64,000 nt of DNA from IMG/VR virus record IMGVR_UViG_3300011013_000009, positions 1-64,000 of that record. One strand, 5' to 3'. This DNA is from a virus. The position numbers and the translations under genes are program-made. The first letter of the stretch is position 1. Every line of letters starts with the position of its first letter. Positions 36,074-46,808 of the stretch are shown in pieces. The notes beneath the pieces were generated by a model, which searched no databases, was not told the DNA's origin, and was given only the letters and a program-made list of their open reading frames with translations.

Positions 36074-37168
36074 ATGGCACGAAATGTAAATCAAGCAAAT
36101 GTACAAGCTGTAGCAATTCGTGATCCACTACCAGATCCAATTGCACAAGAAATTCAACAGCCATATATACTAAATGGATTAACATATCAGTCTAATAATC
36201 CATATGTTGTTGAAAGAGATGGTGCTGGTAATATTAAATTATATGAATCTGAGTCTAATCAAAGATTAATAATTGAACCATCAATTGAAAATATTACTAA
36301 TGAATCATTTGTACAAGTAGTAGATACTCAATTTCAATACTTTAAATTTCCTGTTAGAACTGTTTCAGCTGGATCATCTGCGATAACAGATATAGATTTA
36401 GATATATCGCAAGATCCATATGAAGGAAGATTGATTAGAACTGATTCTAGTAATACATATCTAATAGAAAATGGACTTAAACGGTTATTTTTTATTAAAG
36501 CAGATAACACATGGGCACTAAAAAATAATTTGCCTCCATTTTCTAATATCGCAGATAATATAAACAATGTAGACCCAGGCGGATATAATCCAGATTCGTC
36601 ATTAAACGTTGAAAAAGTTCCTGAAACTATATTAGGGTCATATCCAACCGGCGCAGCATATTTGCCAACAGATGCATTTCCAGAAGGAAACGTATATAGT
36701 AAATTTACATTTATATTAGAAGAAAAAGCAGATAATACAAATGCCTCGTTATTAATAACCGGACCAGGATTTGGTAAAGCAAAATTTGATGGAGGTGTTA
36801 CTACAAATGATGGAAACGTAATACGTGTCATGGAATTTAATATTAATGATACTGCTAATAGTTATTTAGAATTTAGTATGCCAGATTTGGGAGGGCCTCG
36901 TAAGATGACACTTGGCGTAGGAGGATTTTTGGCTACTGACTTTAGGCTAATTGCTGATTTATTAGAAAATAGCGAAAATGGAAATACATCAAATAATCAA
37001 AGTAAACCAATAAAAAATAAAACTTGGAAATTATCAATTTCTGATTTATTAAATTATAATAAAGATATATTACAGGCAGCGTTTGATTTTAATACTAATA
37101 AGGTGCCATTTCGAATTAAAGGCAATACTACTATTCAATTTACTTTAACAATACTAAAGGATGAATAA
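36074..37168 (+). CDS. putative virion structural protein
   Basis: ORF track; structural operon. Confidence 0.6.
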   Translation: MARNVNQANVQAVAIRDPLPDPIAQEIQQPYILNGLTYQSNNPYVVERDGAGNIKLYESESNQRLIIEPSIENITNESFVQVVDTQFQYFKFPVRTVSAGSSAITDIDLDISQDPYEGRLIRTDSSNTYLIENGLKRLFFIKADNTWALKNNLPPFSNIADNINNVDPGGYNPDSSLNVEKVPETILGSYPTGAAYLPTDAFPEGNVYSKFTFILEEKADNTNASLLITGPGFGKAKFDGGVTTNDGNVIRVMEFNINDTANSYLEFSMPDLGGPRKMTLGVGGFLATDFRLIADLLENSENGNTSNNQSKPIKNKTWKLSISDLLNYNKDILQAAFDFNTNKVPFRIKGNTTIQFTLTILKDE

Positions 37169-37180
37169 CCTATAGGCAAA

Positions 37181-40100
37181 ATGATATCACAATATTCAAA
37201 TATCGATGAAATTTTAAATGCGGACCAATCACTATCTGGTTTGCGTTTATCAAAAAAACAATCGGATTTGTTATCATTTCCATTAGACAAACGTATTGAT
37301 TTTGCTAATATTAATCCATCTCAAGAAAATTTATTAGAATTTCATGTATATGCAAATGATACATGGATAACCGGAAATCATACTTTACCGGTAACTAATG
37401 AATCAGCTACATTTACCAATACAGCTACTAATGAATCTATACAATTAAATGGCGTTCCTGTTAATATTAATTTATTTCAACAACTTGACAATTTAAAATT
37501 AACTGCAGGAAATTATAGATTTGTAATTAATTTCTTTGAAAATTTAATTGGTAGTTATGCATTACAGTACTTAAAAGTCGATGAAATATCTCCAGATAGA
37601 ACAGAGGTACGGTTAAAAGCAATTGATAAAAAAAATTCACAGTTTTTAATACAAATTAATAATTATATTAACAGCGTTAATCAAACTGCAACTCCTGGCG
37701 GATTTGCTAAAACGTATTTATTGAATTTTAGTAGAAATCAAACATTTCAATATGTTAATAGTGTTGTTATTGGCGAATTTTTATATGTAAAATTATTGAA
37801 TCCGCTTCCTGATACAATTGAAGAACAATTTAAATGTTGGGTTGTACAAGAAAACAAATATCCATATATTGATAATGTAGTTATTTATTCCCAATCAGGC
37901 GTTTCTCCTGTTAATATATTATCTGGTCCTAATTGGCAAGCAAATAATCAAGGCTTTAATATTTCATCAGAAACTAATTTAAAAACATGGAATGATTTAT
38001 TAGGTTCTTCTACTCAAACATCTCAAGAAATTGTAGACGCACATTTTTCTGGTAGTTTATCTGGTATGTCATTAAATATCGATTATACTGATTTTAATAA
38101 TTTTATATTTTATAGTTCAGCTACAGAAAGATTAGCTAATTACAGATATAAATTAGATTTATTAGAATATTATATTGCACAATCATCATCCGCTGCAGAA
38201 TTATCTGGATCTGTAGCAGTAACTAATGCTACAGATTATGATAAATTAAAAACAAATTTAATTGGAGGATTTGATAAATTTGAGCAATTTTTATATTATG
38301 AATCTTCGTCTGGATTATTTAGTAATGAAATTCCGTTAGAAAATCCTAATGTTAGTTATGTAACAGGAAGTTATATCACACCATCTCCTAAATCTAATTC
38401 AACGTTGCCATATACTTTATATTCAATTACTAGTAGTCAATTTGAAACGTGGTATAATGGTTTATATGATAGTGCATCTATTTATGACAATCGAAATTTA
38501 AATTTATTAACAAAGTCCGTACCAGAATTTATATTGTTAGATGAAAATAATTCTCAATTATCTACATTTGTTAATATGTTAGGTCAACATTATGATATAT
38601 TATATACATATATTAATGCAATGACTCGTATAAACAAAAGAGATGAACATCCTAAATTAGGAATGCCTAATGAATTATTATATGATGTAGCAAAACAATT
38701 TGGATGGAATTTACAAGACGGAAATCAAAATAAAAATTTATGGGAATATACATTAGGTACTGATGAATCTGGAACGCCTTTAACTGGTTCTAATTCTATT
38801 AGCGGAACTTCAATGCCAGCACAAGATATGACATATAACATATGGAGACGTATTGTTAATAATATTCCAGGGTTATTAAAGTCAAAAGGAACTAAGCGTA
38901 GTATACAAGCGTTATTGGCTTGTTACGGCGTACCACAATCATTAATTACTATAAAAGAATATGGCGGTCCTAGATTAGAAAGACCTCCTATATATGAACA
39001 ATTGAATTTTGATTATGCATTAGATTTAATTACAAATCCTGCAGGTACAGTGACAGTTAATTATGATCAACCAATCGATGGAGTAGAATTGAGATTTAGA
39101 ACCGATAATATTTTAACTAATCCTACAATGTCAAGTACAATGAATTTATATAATGTAGGTAGTAATTCAGTAACTATTGATTTTTCTTCTGGTACAAAAG
39201 GTACTATTCAAATTAATGGAACTAGTTCAGCTGCATTCGAATGTTTCAATGGAGATTGGGTAAATACAATATTAAGAAGTGGTAGTAATGGCACATTAGA
39301 AATCGTTGCAAAAAAATCTAAATACGGAAAAATTGTTTCATCAGTTTCTGCATCTGCTACAGCAAGTTTACCTGCATCTGGTACTGTTACCTTAGGTAGT
39401 ACTAGTACCGGCGCTACTAGATTAGAAGGCCAATTACAAGAACTTAGATTATGGACTGGAAGTTTATTAGATGATCCTATGGAAAATCATACAAAAGCAC
39501 CTGCGGCATATGATGGTAATGTAGATGCATATGATGAATTAGTATTTAGAGTTCCATTAACACAAAAAATTGATCATTCTATAACATCAAGTTTATCTGG
39601 CGTCGAGCCGAATCCTTCCGGAATATCTGCTTCATTTGCAAGTTGGACAAATGATACTCCATATGATTCTATAGAAGAAATGTATTATTATGATGGTATA
39701 TCATTAGGAGCAGGAACGTTTGATGATAATAAGATACGGTTAGAATCAAATGAATTAGTAGGAACATTAGATTTTCTTACGAGAGCAGAAAGAAGTCAGT
39801 TTGATAGGGCTCCATTAGATAGCAAAAAATTAGGTGTATATTATTCTCCACAAACAATGATTAATGAAGACATTATTGCACAATTAGGATTTCAAAGTTT
39901 AGATGATTATATAGGAGATCCTGGAGATCAAAATAGTCGTTCATATCCTGATTTAATTAGAGTAGCTACAGACTATTGGAAAAAATATACACAAAAGAAT
40001 GATATTAATGCATATATAAAAATATTTTCTTTATTTGATTTATCATTCTTTAAACAATTAGAGCAATTATTGCCAGCTCGTGTTGATAAAATAACTGGAT

Positions 40101-40687
40101 TATTAATACAACCAAATTTATTAGAACGTAGCAAAGATACAGCATTACCAAATGTTAATCGCTTCAATGAAACATATAATGGAGAATTAATTGTATTTGA
40201 TAATACAGATGAATTTATTAATTCACAATATTTAACGTATACTGGATCTGTCGGTACATTGATTGCATCTATGAGTGGTAATGATGATGATCAATTACAA
40301 GCATATTTAACTAGTAGTCAAGATAATTATAATGGAACTACATATTGTTATCCATATTTAATTAGATCTGGAAGTGGATGGCTGCAAGTTTCATCTTCAT
40401 ATTGGTTATGTGAAGGAGTATTACCAACTATTACCGGAAGTAGATTATCAGAAATATATGAATATGTATATTCTGGGAGTGTTATGCGTTCTGCAGAAGT
40501 ACAAGACTATTTGCCAACCGGAACAGAGCGTCATGAATACCTAGGATGTTCTATGACTAGTCCAGACTTCAATATTGATTCGACGGATACTATTGACGGC
40601 GGACCTGTAGTCGAATATATAGAAGCAAACCCAAATCAAATAATTACACAATCGCCAGGACAACAAGGAGGGTTTCAAATTAAATAA
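37181..40687 (+). CDS. large baseplate/tail structural protein (1168 aa)
   Basis: LLKSKGTKRSIQALL (P2 gpI/gp7-like wedge motif); LamG-like segment. Confidence 0.65.
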   Translation: MISQYSNIDEILNADQSLSGLRLSKKQSDLLSFPLDKRIDFANINPSQENLLEFHVYANDTWITGNHTLPVTNESATFTNTATNESIQLNGVPVNINLFQQLDNLKLTAGNYRFVINFFENLIGSYALQYLKVDEISPDRTEVRLKAIDKKNSQFLIQINNYINSVNQTATPGGFAKTYLLNFSRNQTFQYVNSVVIGEFLYVKLLNPLPDTIEEQFKCWVVQENKYPYIDNVVIYSQSGVSPVNILSGPNWQANNQGFNISSETNLKTWNDLLGSSTQTSQEIVDAHFSGSLSGMSLNIDYTDFNNFIFYSSATERLANYRYKLDLLEYYIAQSSSAAELSGSVAVTNATDYDKLKTNLIGGFDKFEQFLYYESSSGLFSNEIPLENPNVSYVTGSYITPSPKSNSTLPYTLYSITSSQFETWYNGLYDSASIYDNRNLNLLTKSVPEFILLDENNSQLSTFVNMLGQHYDILYTYINAMTRINKRDEHPKLGMPNELLYDVAKQFGWNLQDGNQNKNLWEYTLGTDESGTPLTGSNSISGTSMPAQDMTYNIWRRIVNNIPGLLKSKGTKRSIQALLACYGVPQSLITIKEYGGPRLERPPIYEQLNFDYALDLITNPAGTVTVNYDQPIDGVELRFRTDNILTNPTMSSTMNLYNVGSNSVTIDFSSGTKGTIQINGTSSAAFECFNGDWVNTILRSGSNGTLEIVAKKSKYGKIVSSVSASATASLPASGTVTLGSTSTGATRLEGQLQELRLWTGSLLDDPMENHTKAPAAYDGNVDAYDELVFRVPLTQKIDHSITSSLSGVEPNPSGISASFASWTNDTPYDSIEEMYYYDGISLGAGTFDDNKIRLESNELVGTLDFLTRAERSQFDRAPLDSKKLGVYYSPQTMINEDIIAQLGFQSLDDYIGDPGDQNSRSYPDLIRVATDYWKKYTQKNDINAYIKIFSLFDLSFFKQLEQLLPARVDKITGLLIQPNLLERSKDTALPNVNRFNETYNGELIVFDNTDEFINSQYLTYTGSVGTLIASMSGNDDDQLQAYLTSSQDNYNGTTYCYPYLIRSGSGWLQVSSSYWLCEGVLPTITGSRLSEIYEYVYSGSVMRSAEVQDYLPTGTERHEYLGCSMTSPDFNIDSTDTIDGGPVVEYIEANPNQIITQSPGQQGGFQIK

Positions 40688-40733
40688 AAATATTTGATTG
40701 TAATATTTATATAAAATTAAAGGTAAAAAGAAA

Positions 40734-41396
40734 ATGGGATATTTAGATAACAGTTCAGTAACAGTTGATGCTATATTAACTCTAAAAGGAAGAGAATTAT
40801 TAGCAAGAGGCGGAAATGCATTTAATATTACGCAATTTGCATTAGGAGACGATGAGGTAGATTATGGATTATGGAATCCGCAACACGGATTAGGTTCAGA
40901 TTATTATGGTGTAATTATAGAAAATATGCCGGTAACTGAAGCAGTTGCTGATGAAACACAAGCGTTAAGATATAAACTAGTTACATTGCCGAAACAAACT
41001 ACTCAAATACCTGTAGTAACAGTTGGTAATGCTTCTATAGATTTATTAGCGGCTGGAGACTCTTCAATTATATCTCCCAATACTAGTAATTTACAAGGAG
41101 GCAATTCTACATTAGGCTATACTGCGATTTTATCTGATAGTACAGTTGCAGATATTACTGTTACTCAACCATTACAAAATTCAGTACTTCCTACTACGCC
41201 AAGATTTATTGGTGATAATGAAGATGCTCAAAGTGTTGCTGTAGCTGGGTTTGCTTTTCAAGTTGTTGCTAAGTATCAAGCATTAGCAGATAAAACTGCT
41301 ACTATAACTATAATAGGAAATGAAACAGGTGGTAGTACTACTATTAATTTAACAGTTAGAGAAGCAACTGCTAATACTGCAGGAATAACATTATAA
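40734..41396 (+). CDS. baseplate/tail structural protein
   Basis: AILTLKGRELLA...ITQFALGDDEVDY. Confidence 0.65.
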   Translation: MGYLDNSSVTVDAILTLKGRELLARGGNAFNITQFALGDDEVDYGLWNPQHGLGSDYYGVIIENMPVTEAVADETQALRYKLVTLPKQTTQIPVVTVGNASIDLLAAGDSSIISPNTSNLQGGNSTLGYTAILSDSTVADITVTQPLQNSVLPTTPRFIGDNEDAQSVAVAGFAFQVVAKYQALADKTATITIIGNETGGSTTINLTVREATANTAGITL

Positions 41397-41405
41397 TAGG
41401 ATAAT

Positions 41406-42662
41406 ATGAAAACATTAATAACTACATTAAAACAATTACCAAACCAAGGACAGCGAGTACCTAGGGGAGGCGAAGTAAATAGAGAAGCACTTGGCGATCG
41501 GGCAACTGCGGCTGGTGAAGCAGCATTGAATGCTCAAATACAAGCACAGGCACAAGTAATAGCCGAACAAATTATTGCTCAGCAACAACAAGCTGATATA
41601 TTATCTAAAAACGGATCGACATTCTCAGTGTTTAATCCTACAGAAGATATTGTTGATAAACAAACAGAGGTTGTTACTGCGGGGCTGTGGAGTGATAATC
41701 AAGGAACGTTAACGACACACTTTTCTTCATCAACTCAAACAGTTAGTCAAGTTCGTCATTACGTAGATGTATATCAAAAACTTCCTTCTGATACTGGTTC
41801 GGCTGTACAATATGCTTTATCATATGGACATGTAGATGGAAGTGGTTCTTCGAATTTAGGAACACAGGAAAATCCGGCATCAAAAGCTACATATGCTCAA
41901 TATAAACAATTATTATTAGAAAAGACTGCAACTAGGTTTGTTACTGCCGGATCTGGTAGTACCGATTCTGTTTATGTTATTAATGTACAACGTAATAGAA
42001 TGAAAGAGCAATTAGATGCAGGAAATTGGCAATTACCATTAACTGGAGTTACTTCTAGAGCAACTAATGCAACTGGTAGCGTTGCAGTTGGATCGGTTAG
42101 TGGATCTATAACATTGATAGATGATTCAAGTGTTAATACTGGTACTGTTGGAGAGACAGGAGTCGTTTATAATGTAGTATCAGGTAGTATTGATAATGGA
42201 GTTCATAATTCTACAAATCCTGTTTATTATGGATTATTTTATCCGAAACATGGAGCAATTGTATTAGACGGAAAAATGTTAGATCAACAATTGAGTTTTG
42301 ATACTAATACAACTTCAAATTCAGAAGGAAATAATCATTATGCGTTATTCCATTCTATATCTGGTTCTGCTAGTGCTTCTTCAGAAGGATTTGAAGCAAG
42401 AAACCAAGAAACAGTAACGAGTACTCATTATTTTGTAAGAGTTAAAAATGGAATGTTTAATTTCTCAAATAATCCTTCTTATACAACTGGAAGTGTTGGA
42501 ACGTTAGCACAAAGTACTTTTGTAGGTGCACCTAAATCTTATGTAACGACAGTTGGATTGTATAATGATCAACAAGAATTGTTAGCAGTTGCAAAATTAA
42601 GCAAACCATTATTGAAATCATTTTCTAGAGAAGCGTTGATTAGAGTTAAATTAGATTTTTAA
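41406..42662 (+). CDS. tail/baseplate structural protein
   Basis: C-terminal YVTTVGLYNDQQELLAVAKLSKP (tail-collar/fibre-attachment-like). Confidence 0.65.
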   Translation: MKTLITTLKQLPNQGQRVPRGGEVNREALGDRATAAGEAALNAQIQAQAQVIAEQIIAQQQQADILSKNGSTFSVFNPTEDIVDKQTEVVTAGLWSDNQGTLTTHFSSSTQTVSQVRHYVDVYQKLPSDTGSAVQYALSYGHVDGSGSSNLGTQENPASKATYAQYKQLLLEKTATRFVTAGSGSTDSVYVINVQRNRMKEQLDAGNWQLPLTGVTSRATNATGSVAVGSVSGSITLIDDSSVNTGTVGETGVVYNVVSGSIDNGVHNSTNPVYYGLFYPKHGAIVLDGKMLDQQLSFDTNTTSNSEGNNHYALFHSISGSASASSEGFEARNQETVTSTHYFVRVKNGMFNFSNNPSYTTGSVGTLAQSTFVGAPKSYVTTVGLYNDQQELLAVAKLSKPLLKSFSREALIRVKLDF

Positions 42663-42680
42663 AAGTAACTCATTGATTTT

Positions 42681-42719
42681 AGACCTGTTATATTTATTAT
42701 AAAAGTATAGCAGGTTTTT
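42681..42719 (+). promoter_or_regulatory. hairpin containing the late-promoter motif
   Basis: AGACCTGTTATA (42681-92) pairs with TATAGCAGGTTT (42706-17); ATATTTAT at 42690. Confidence 0.55.
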
Positions 42720-42725
42720 ACTATT

Positions 42726-44270
42726 ATGCCAAATCATATAACAGACGAATATAAAGGTGTTTATCCGCAAGTACTAAAAAAGGTAGAGCCGAGCGATTAT
42801 AAAGTTAATCAATTTGAAGCTAACAAACAATTTATTTTTACTTCAGGTAGCGCTGTTACAGATGGTTATACTCCATTACAAGGAATATATGTATCTTCGT
42901 TGCCTCCTATATCTAGTAGCCAAACGTTTAATTCTGCTACCAACGTCGATGGCTCATATCAATTTTCAACATATTATTCTATCAATCAATTGTTTTATAA
43001 ACGAAAAGGAGAACCAAGTAAAACTCATGGACCAACTAATCTAAATAGAACTTCAAAATTTCTATATGAGTCTGCTTCGGTATTTGCAATACCACAAACC
43101 AAATTTGGCGAAGCTATTAAACCAGCTTCGTTTACATATACCGGATCTGTTAGTTTGAAATCTGATCGTTATGGAAATATATATGATGAAAATATTTCTA
43201 CCGGTTCATTTCCTGGCGGAGAAACATTTTATGAAGGGTTCAATGAATATTTTGATTTAACAAGAATTCCTTATGTATCTGCATTAGGTGTTACATATAT
43301 TGATGGTGTTACTACAAGTAATGGAAGTCAATTACCAATTGGATTATCAGCAAGATTTTCTGGATCTGGATATATTGAAAGTGATTTGCCTGGATATTAT
43401 AATCGTGATTATAATTATGCAATTTCTTTCTTCATATCAAGTGGATCTGCAACGGCTGATGAATTAATACTAGGAAAAATATCAGCATCAAATACTCCAC
43501 AATATCCATTTAATGTACAATTAAGTGGTAGCAATCAATTAAAATTTTCCGCAGGTGGTTCTAATACTTTTACAGCAGAAATTTCATCATCAACATTTGT
43601 TAGTAGTAGCTGGACACACGTTGTATGCCAAAAGTCAGGTAGCGAATTACAATTATATATAGACGCAACATTACACGCATCTGCTAGCTCAAATTTATTG
43701 TTATCCGCATTCAATACACCATTTACCGCATCTGCTAGAATCGACAATGATTATCCACTCAAAATAGGCGGATATAGCCCCAATACCGGCAATCTACACG
43801 CAGATCTAGATGAAATTAGGATTTTTAATAAATCATTGACTCAAGCTCAAATAACATCGTTATCGGACCGTAGCGAGGGCGGAGGTTTATTGCAAACTGA
43901 TAGAGTTGGCAATGTATTTAATAAACAAGGATTAGTAGTAATTTCTAGTACAGATTATAGATATGATGATATATTAACTGCTAATTATACCTCAAGTTAT
44001 AAGAGCACTATTACATTATATGAGCATTCTATATTAGCAAGATTAAATGCTGGAGATTTTAATATATCTTCAAATCCTACTACTTTAAAAGATGATGGGT
44101 TTAACATTCAGAATTGGGCCACCGGTAGTAATTTTAATCCTTATATAACAGAAATCGGATTGTATAATGATGCTGGACAATTATTAGCAATAGGAAAATT
44201 AGCAACACCAATTAAAAAAAGAGATGATATCGATATGAATTTTTTAATTAACATTGATATTGATAAGTAA
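42726..44270 (+). CDS. LamG/concanavalin-A-like domain tail protein
   Basis: WTHVVCQKSGSELQLYID, LKIGG, LDEIRIFNKSLT; C-terminal YITEIGLYNDAGQLLAIGKL. Confidence 0.8.
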   Translation: MPNHITDEYKGVYPQVLKKVEPSDYKVNQFEANKQFIFTSGSAVTDGYTPLQGIYVSSLPPISSSQTFNSATNVDGSYQFSTYYSINQLFYKRKGEPSKTHGPTNLNRTSKFLYESASVFAIPQTKFGEAIKPASFTYTGSVSLKSDRYGNIYDENISTGSFPGGETFYEGFNEYFDLTRIPYVSALGVTYIDGVTTSNGSQLPIGLSARFSGSGYIESDLPGYYNRDYNYAISFFISSGSATADELILGKISASNTPQYPFNVQLSGSNQLKFSAGGSNTFTAEISSSTFVSSSWTHVVCQKSGSELQLYIDATLHASASSNLLLSAFNTPFTASARIDNDYPLKIGGYSPNTGNLHADLDEIRIFNKSLTQAQITSLSDRSEGGGLLQTDRVGNVFNKQGLVVISSTDYRYDDILTANYTSSYKSTITLYEHSILARLNAGDFNISSNPTTLKDDGFNIQNWATGSNFNPYITEIGLYNDAGQLLAIGKLATPIKKRDDIDMNFLINIDIDK

Positions 44271-44287
44271 CTGATATTTATTATTAT

Positions 44288-46126
44288 ATGAATAAATTAG
44301 ACATTATATTAGATCGGTTAAATGTTACCGTTGACAATCCAAAATATTCTAGCTTAATTAAAGAAGAAATGGATCGAGCTAAACAATTACAATTACTTAA
44401 TGAAGTAATAAAAATTAAGTGGGAATTAAAAGATATATCAAATGTTAAAAAGTTTTTAGATCAAGGATTTGATGATGCATTTCGTGTAAAGCGTGTAACA
44501 AATAAACCTAAAAAACTTAAAGAATTAACTATAACAGAATTTTTAACAACAATATTGGATGCGATGACTAACAATAATTGGAAAGAAAAAAATTATTTTA
44601 ATTCTAATTATGTATTATTTATCGGACCTGATTATCGAAAATATACTCCAAAACAAGTTATGGATTTATTAATATTCCCAAAATCTGATATTAATACCGA
44701 GGAACTAGATACTTCAAAAAAAATAACATCGATCAATGGTGCCGATGTTTATAATTATGGAGATTTTCCAGGAGGGCGAATTAAAGGCACTAAAGTTGAT
44801 CGAAAATCATATAAAGGGAAAGAACAAGATGCAAAAAATTTACATGCTCCTGAAGTTAGAGTAGAAACAGAACCAGAAATAGATGCAACTAGTCAATTGA
44901 CTACTAACATACCATTACCAACATTGAAGCTTGGTTCTAGAGGAGAAGAAGTTAAAAAATTACAAACTATTTTATTTAATGATCAAACAGAATGGGATGG
45001 TAAATTTGGAACCAAAACAAAAGCGTTTTTAACGGCGTGGCAACAAGTTAATATTCTTAATCTTGATGGTATATATGGCCCAAGCTCATATGAGCGAATG
45101 AAACAAACTAATGGAACTTGGTCATTAGGAAAAACTGAAACTGGCGCCAATGGATCAGTAAAACAAAATAAAACCGATTTAGGAAATTATATTTACACTG
45201 AATTAAAGAAAAAATCTAAATCTAAAAGCGATACTAATGTTGGGTCAATTTGGTCGGCTCTAAGAGAAGCTCAACGAGGCTATATTACAAAAATATTGGA
45301 AGAAACAAATGCTGAATCTTATATAAAACCGGGTACTACAATAATTGGTGTTGTTGATACTACGAGCAATCGATTTTTTAGAGACGATTTAAAAAAAATG
45401 GGAAGAGAATGGGTTAATGCAATACAGAAAAAAGTTTTGTATTTTACAAAATGGAATGATTCATCAAGTAGAATTCCAGAATGGGGTGGTGGACCTGGAG
45501 GCCAAATATCATTAATTTATAAGTATACTAACGTAACTACTTTAGATGTAAACTCGCCTGGAGCTTATATGAAATATGATACAACAAAATCTGAAGAAAA
45601 ACCTAAAGATACTAAAGTAGTAAAATATCCAAAATTAGATGAAGATGAATTTTTAATTGTTAAAGCGTGGCAAAGTAATACTGGTAAAAAATCAAATTGG
45701 GGAGTTCGACAACCTGCTTTAGAATATAAAGTTAAAGATAGGTATGGAAATACTCCAAGTTTAGCAACGTTGAAAAAATATTTCGGTGGGTCTAGATTTG
45801 GCTCCTCAATTGGACGATTTAAATGGTATGGTACTGGAAAAACATGGGAGGCATCTAAAGGCTCTATTAAATTTTATATGAAACCATATAAAGATGGAAC
45901 GTTATATACTCCGGGACATTATATGGACTGGGGAAATGATCCGTATTGGATTAATTCCCATGCAGCTGGAATTATGAAAAAAGCAAAAAATATAGGAAAT
46001 GGTAAGATGAAAATTAGTCCAGATGTAAGAAGTGTATCTTCAAAATCTAGTTCATCATCTAGTTCATCATCTAGTTCATCATCTAAACCAAGGATGGATT
46101 ATATAAACACCGGAGGATTAAAATAA
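44288..46126 (+). CDS. peptidoglycan-binding-domain protein (612 aa)
   Basis: TLKLGSRGEEVKKLQ, DGKFGTKT, LDGIYGP. Confidence 0.75.
   Translation: MNKLDIILDRLNVTVDNPKYSSLIKEEMDRAKQLQLLNEVIKIKWELKDISNVKKFLDQGFDDAFRVKRVTNKPKKLKELTITEFLTTILDAMTNNNWKEKNYFNSNYVLFIGPDYRKYTPKQVMDLLIFPKSDINTEELDTSKKITSINGADVYNYGDFPGGRIKGTKVDRKSYKGKEQDAKNLHAPEVRVETEPEIDATSQLTTNIPLPTLKLGSRGEEVKKLQTILFNDQTEWDGKFGTKTKAFLTAWQQVNILNLDGIYGPSSYERMKQTNGTWSLGKTETGANGSVKQNKTDLGNYIYTELKKKSKSKSDTNVGSIWSALREAQRGYITKILEETNAESYIKPGTTIIGVVDTTSNRFFRDDLKKMGREWVNAIQKKVLYFTKWNDSSSRIPEWGGGPGGQISLIYKYTNVTTLDVNSPGAYMKYDTTKSEEKPKDTKVVKYPKLDEDEFLIVKAWQSNTGKKSNWGVRQPALEYKVKDRYGNTPSLATLKKYFGGSRFGSSIGRFKWYGTGKTWEASKGSIKFYMKPYKDGTLYTPGHYMDWGNDPYWINSHAAGIMKKAKNIGNGKMKISPDVRSVSSKSSSSSSSSSSSSSKPRMDYINTGGLK
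46046..46084 (+). repeat. 12-bp tandem repeat (TCTAGTTCATCA)x3 encoding poly-Ser
   Basis: Seen directly. Confidence 0.85.
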
Positions 46127-46133
46127 TATAGTT

Positions 46134-46619
46134 ATGAAAAAAAATCATTGGCATACCGCTGGAAGTAAAAAACGTCAAGCGGCATATAAATACGGTTATA
46201 AATCTGGATTAGAATTGACAGTTGCTAATCAAATCAAAGAAGCAAAATATCCAGTAAATTACGAAACTGAAAAATTAGAATATACGGTACCTGCAAAAGA
46301 TCACAAATATACACCAGACTTTGTATTTCAAAAGAAAAATGGAGAAACAATGTATATCGAAACAAAAGGTAGATGGACGACTATCGATAGAAGAAAAATG
46401 AAACATATATTAGCTTCTAATCCGGATATTGATTTAAGAATAGTATTTCAAAACCCAAACCAAAAAATAACAAAAGGTAGTAAAACTACATATGAAATGT
46501 ATGCAAAGAAGTTAGGAATAACTCATATTGCAAAGAAAGATATCCCAGATGCGTGGTTTAAAGAATGTTTGAAAGATGGAGAAGTTCCAAAACCGAAAAA
46601 ACAATTTTTAACGTATTAG
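46134..46619 (+). CDS. T7 endonuclease I-like Holliday-junction resolvase
   Basis: YKSGLE, YE...Y, YTPDF, IETKGRW, DLRIVFQ. Confidence 0.9.
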   Translation: MKKNHWHTAGSKKRQAAYKYGYKSGLELTVANQIKEAKYPVNYETEKLEYTVPAKDHKYTPDFVFQKKNGETMYIETKGRWTTIDRRKMKHILASNPDIDLRIVFQNPNQKITKGSKTTYEMYAKKLGITHIAKKDIPDAWFKECLKDGEVPKPKKQFLTY

Positions 46620-46808
46620 GTTGGATTTGTGAAATTTTTTAATTATTTTCTAAATGTAATTAATAAAATGATTATTATTTATTATAATGAAATGTTTAAT
46701 AAATGATGATCGTTAGATCGTTTATTGATTGTAATTAATAAATGTATTTAACCATAATATATAAGCCATATACTTTGAATTCTTCAGTATTTTCATTATA
46801 ATATTAAT

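Noticed and set aside
46046-46084. Poly-Ser tandem repeat as a phase-variation switch
   Set aside because: The 12-bp unit keeps the frame; most likely a variable-length linker.
46620-46808. AT-rich gap with an imperfect hairpin (46696-46728) before the primase as a replication origin
   Set aside because: Only one weak AT-rich stem; promoter-like sequences explain the gap adequately.
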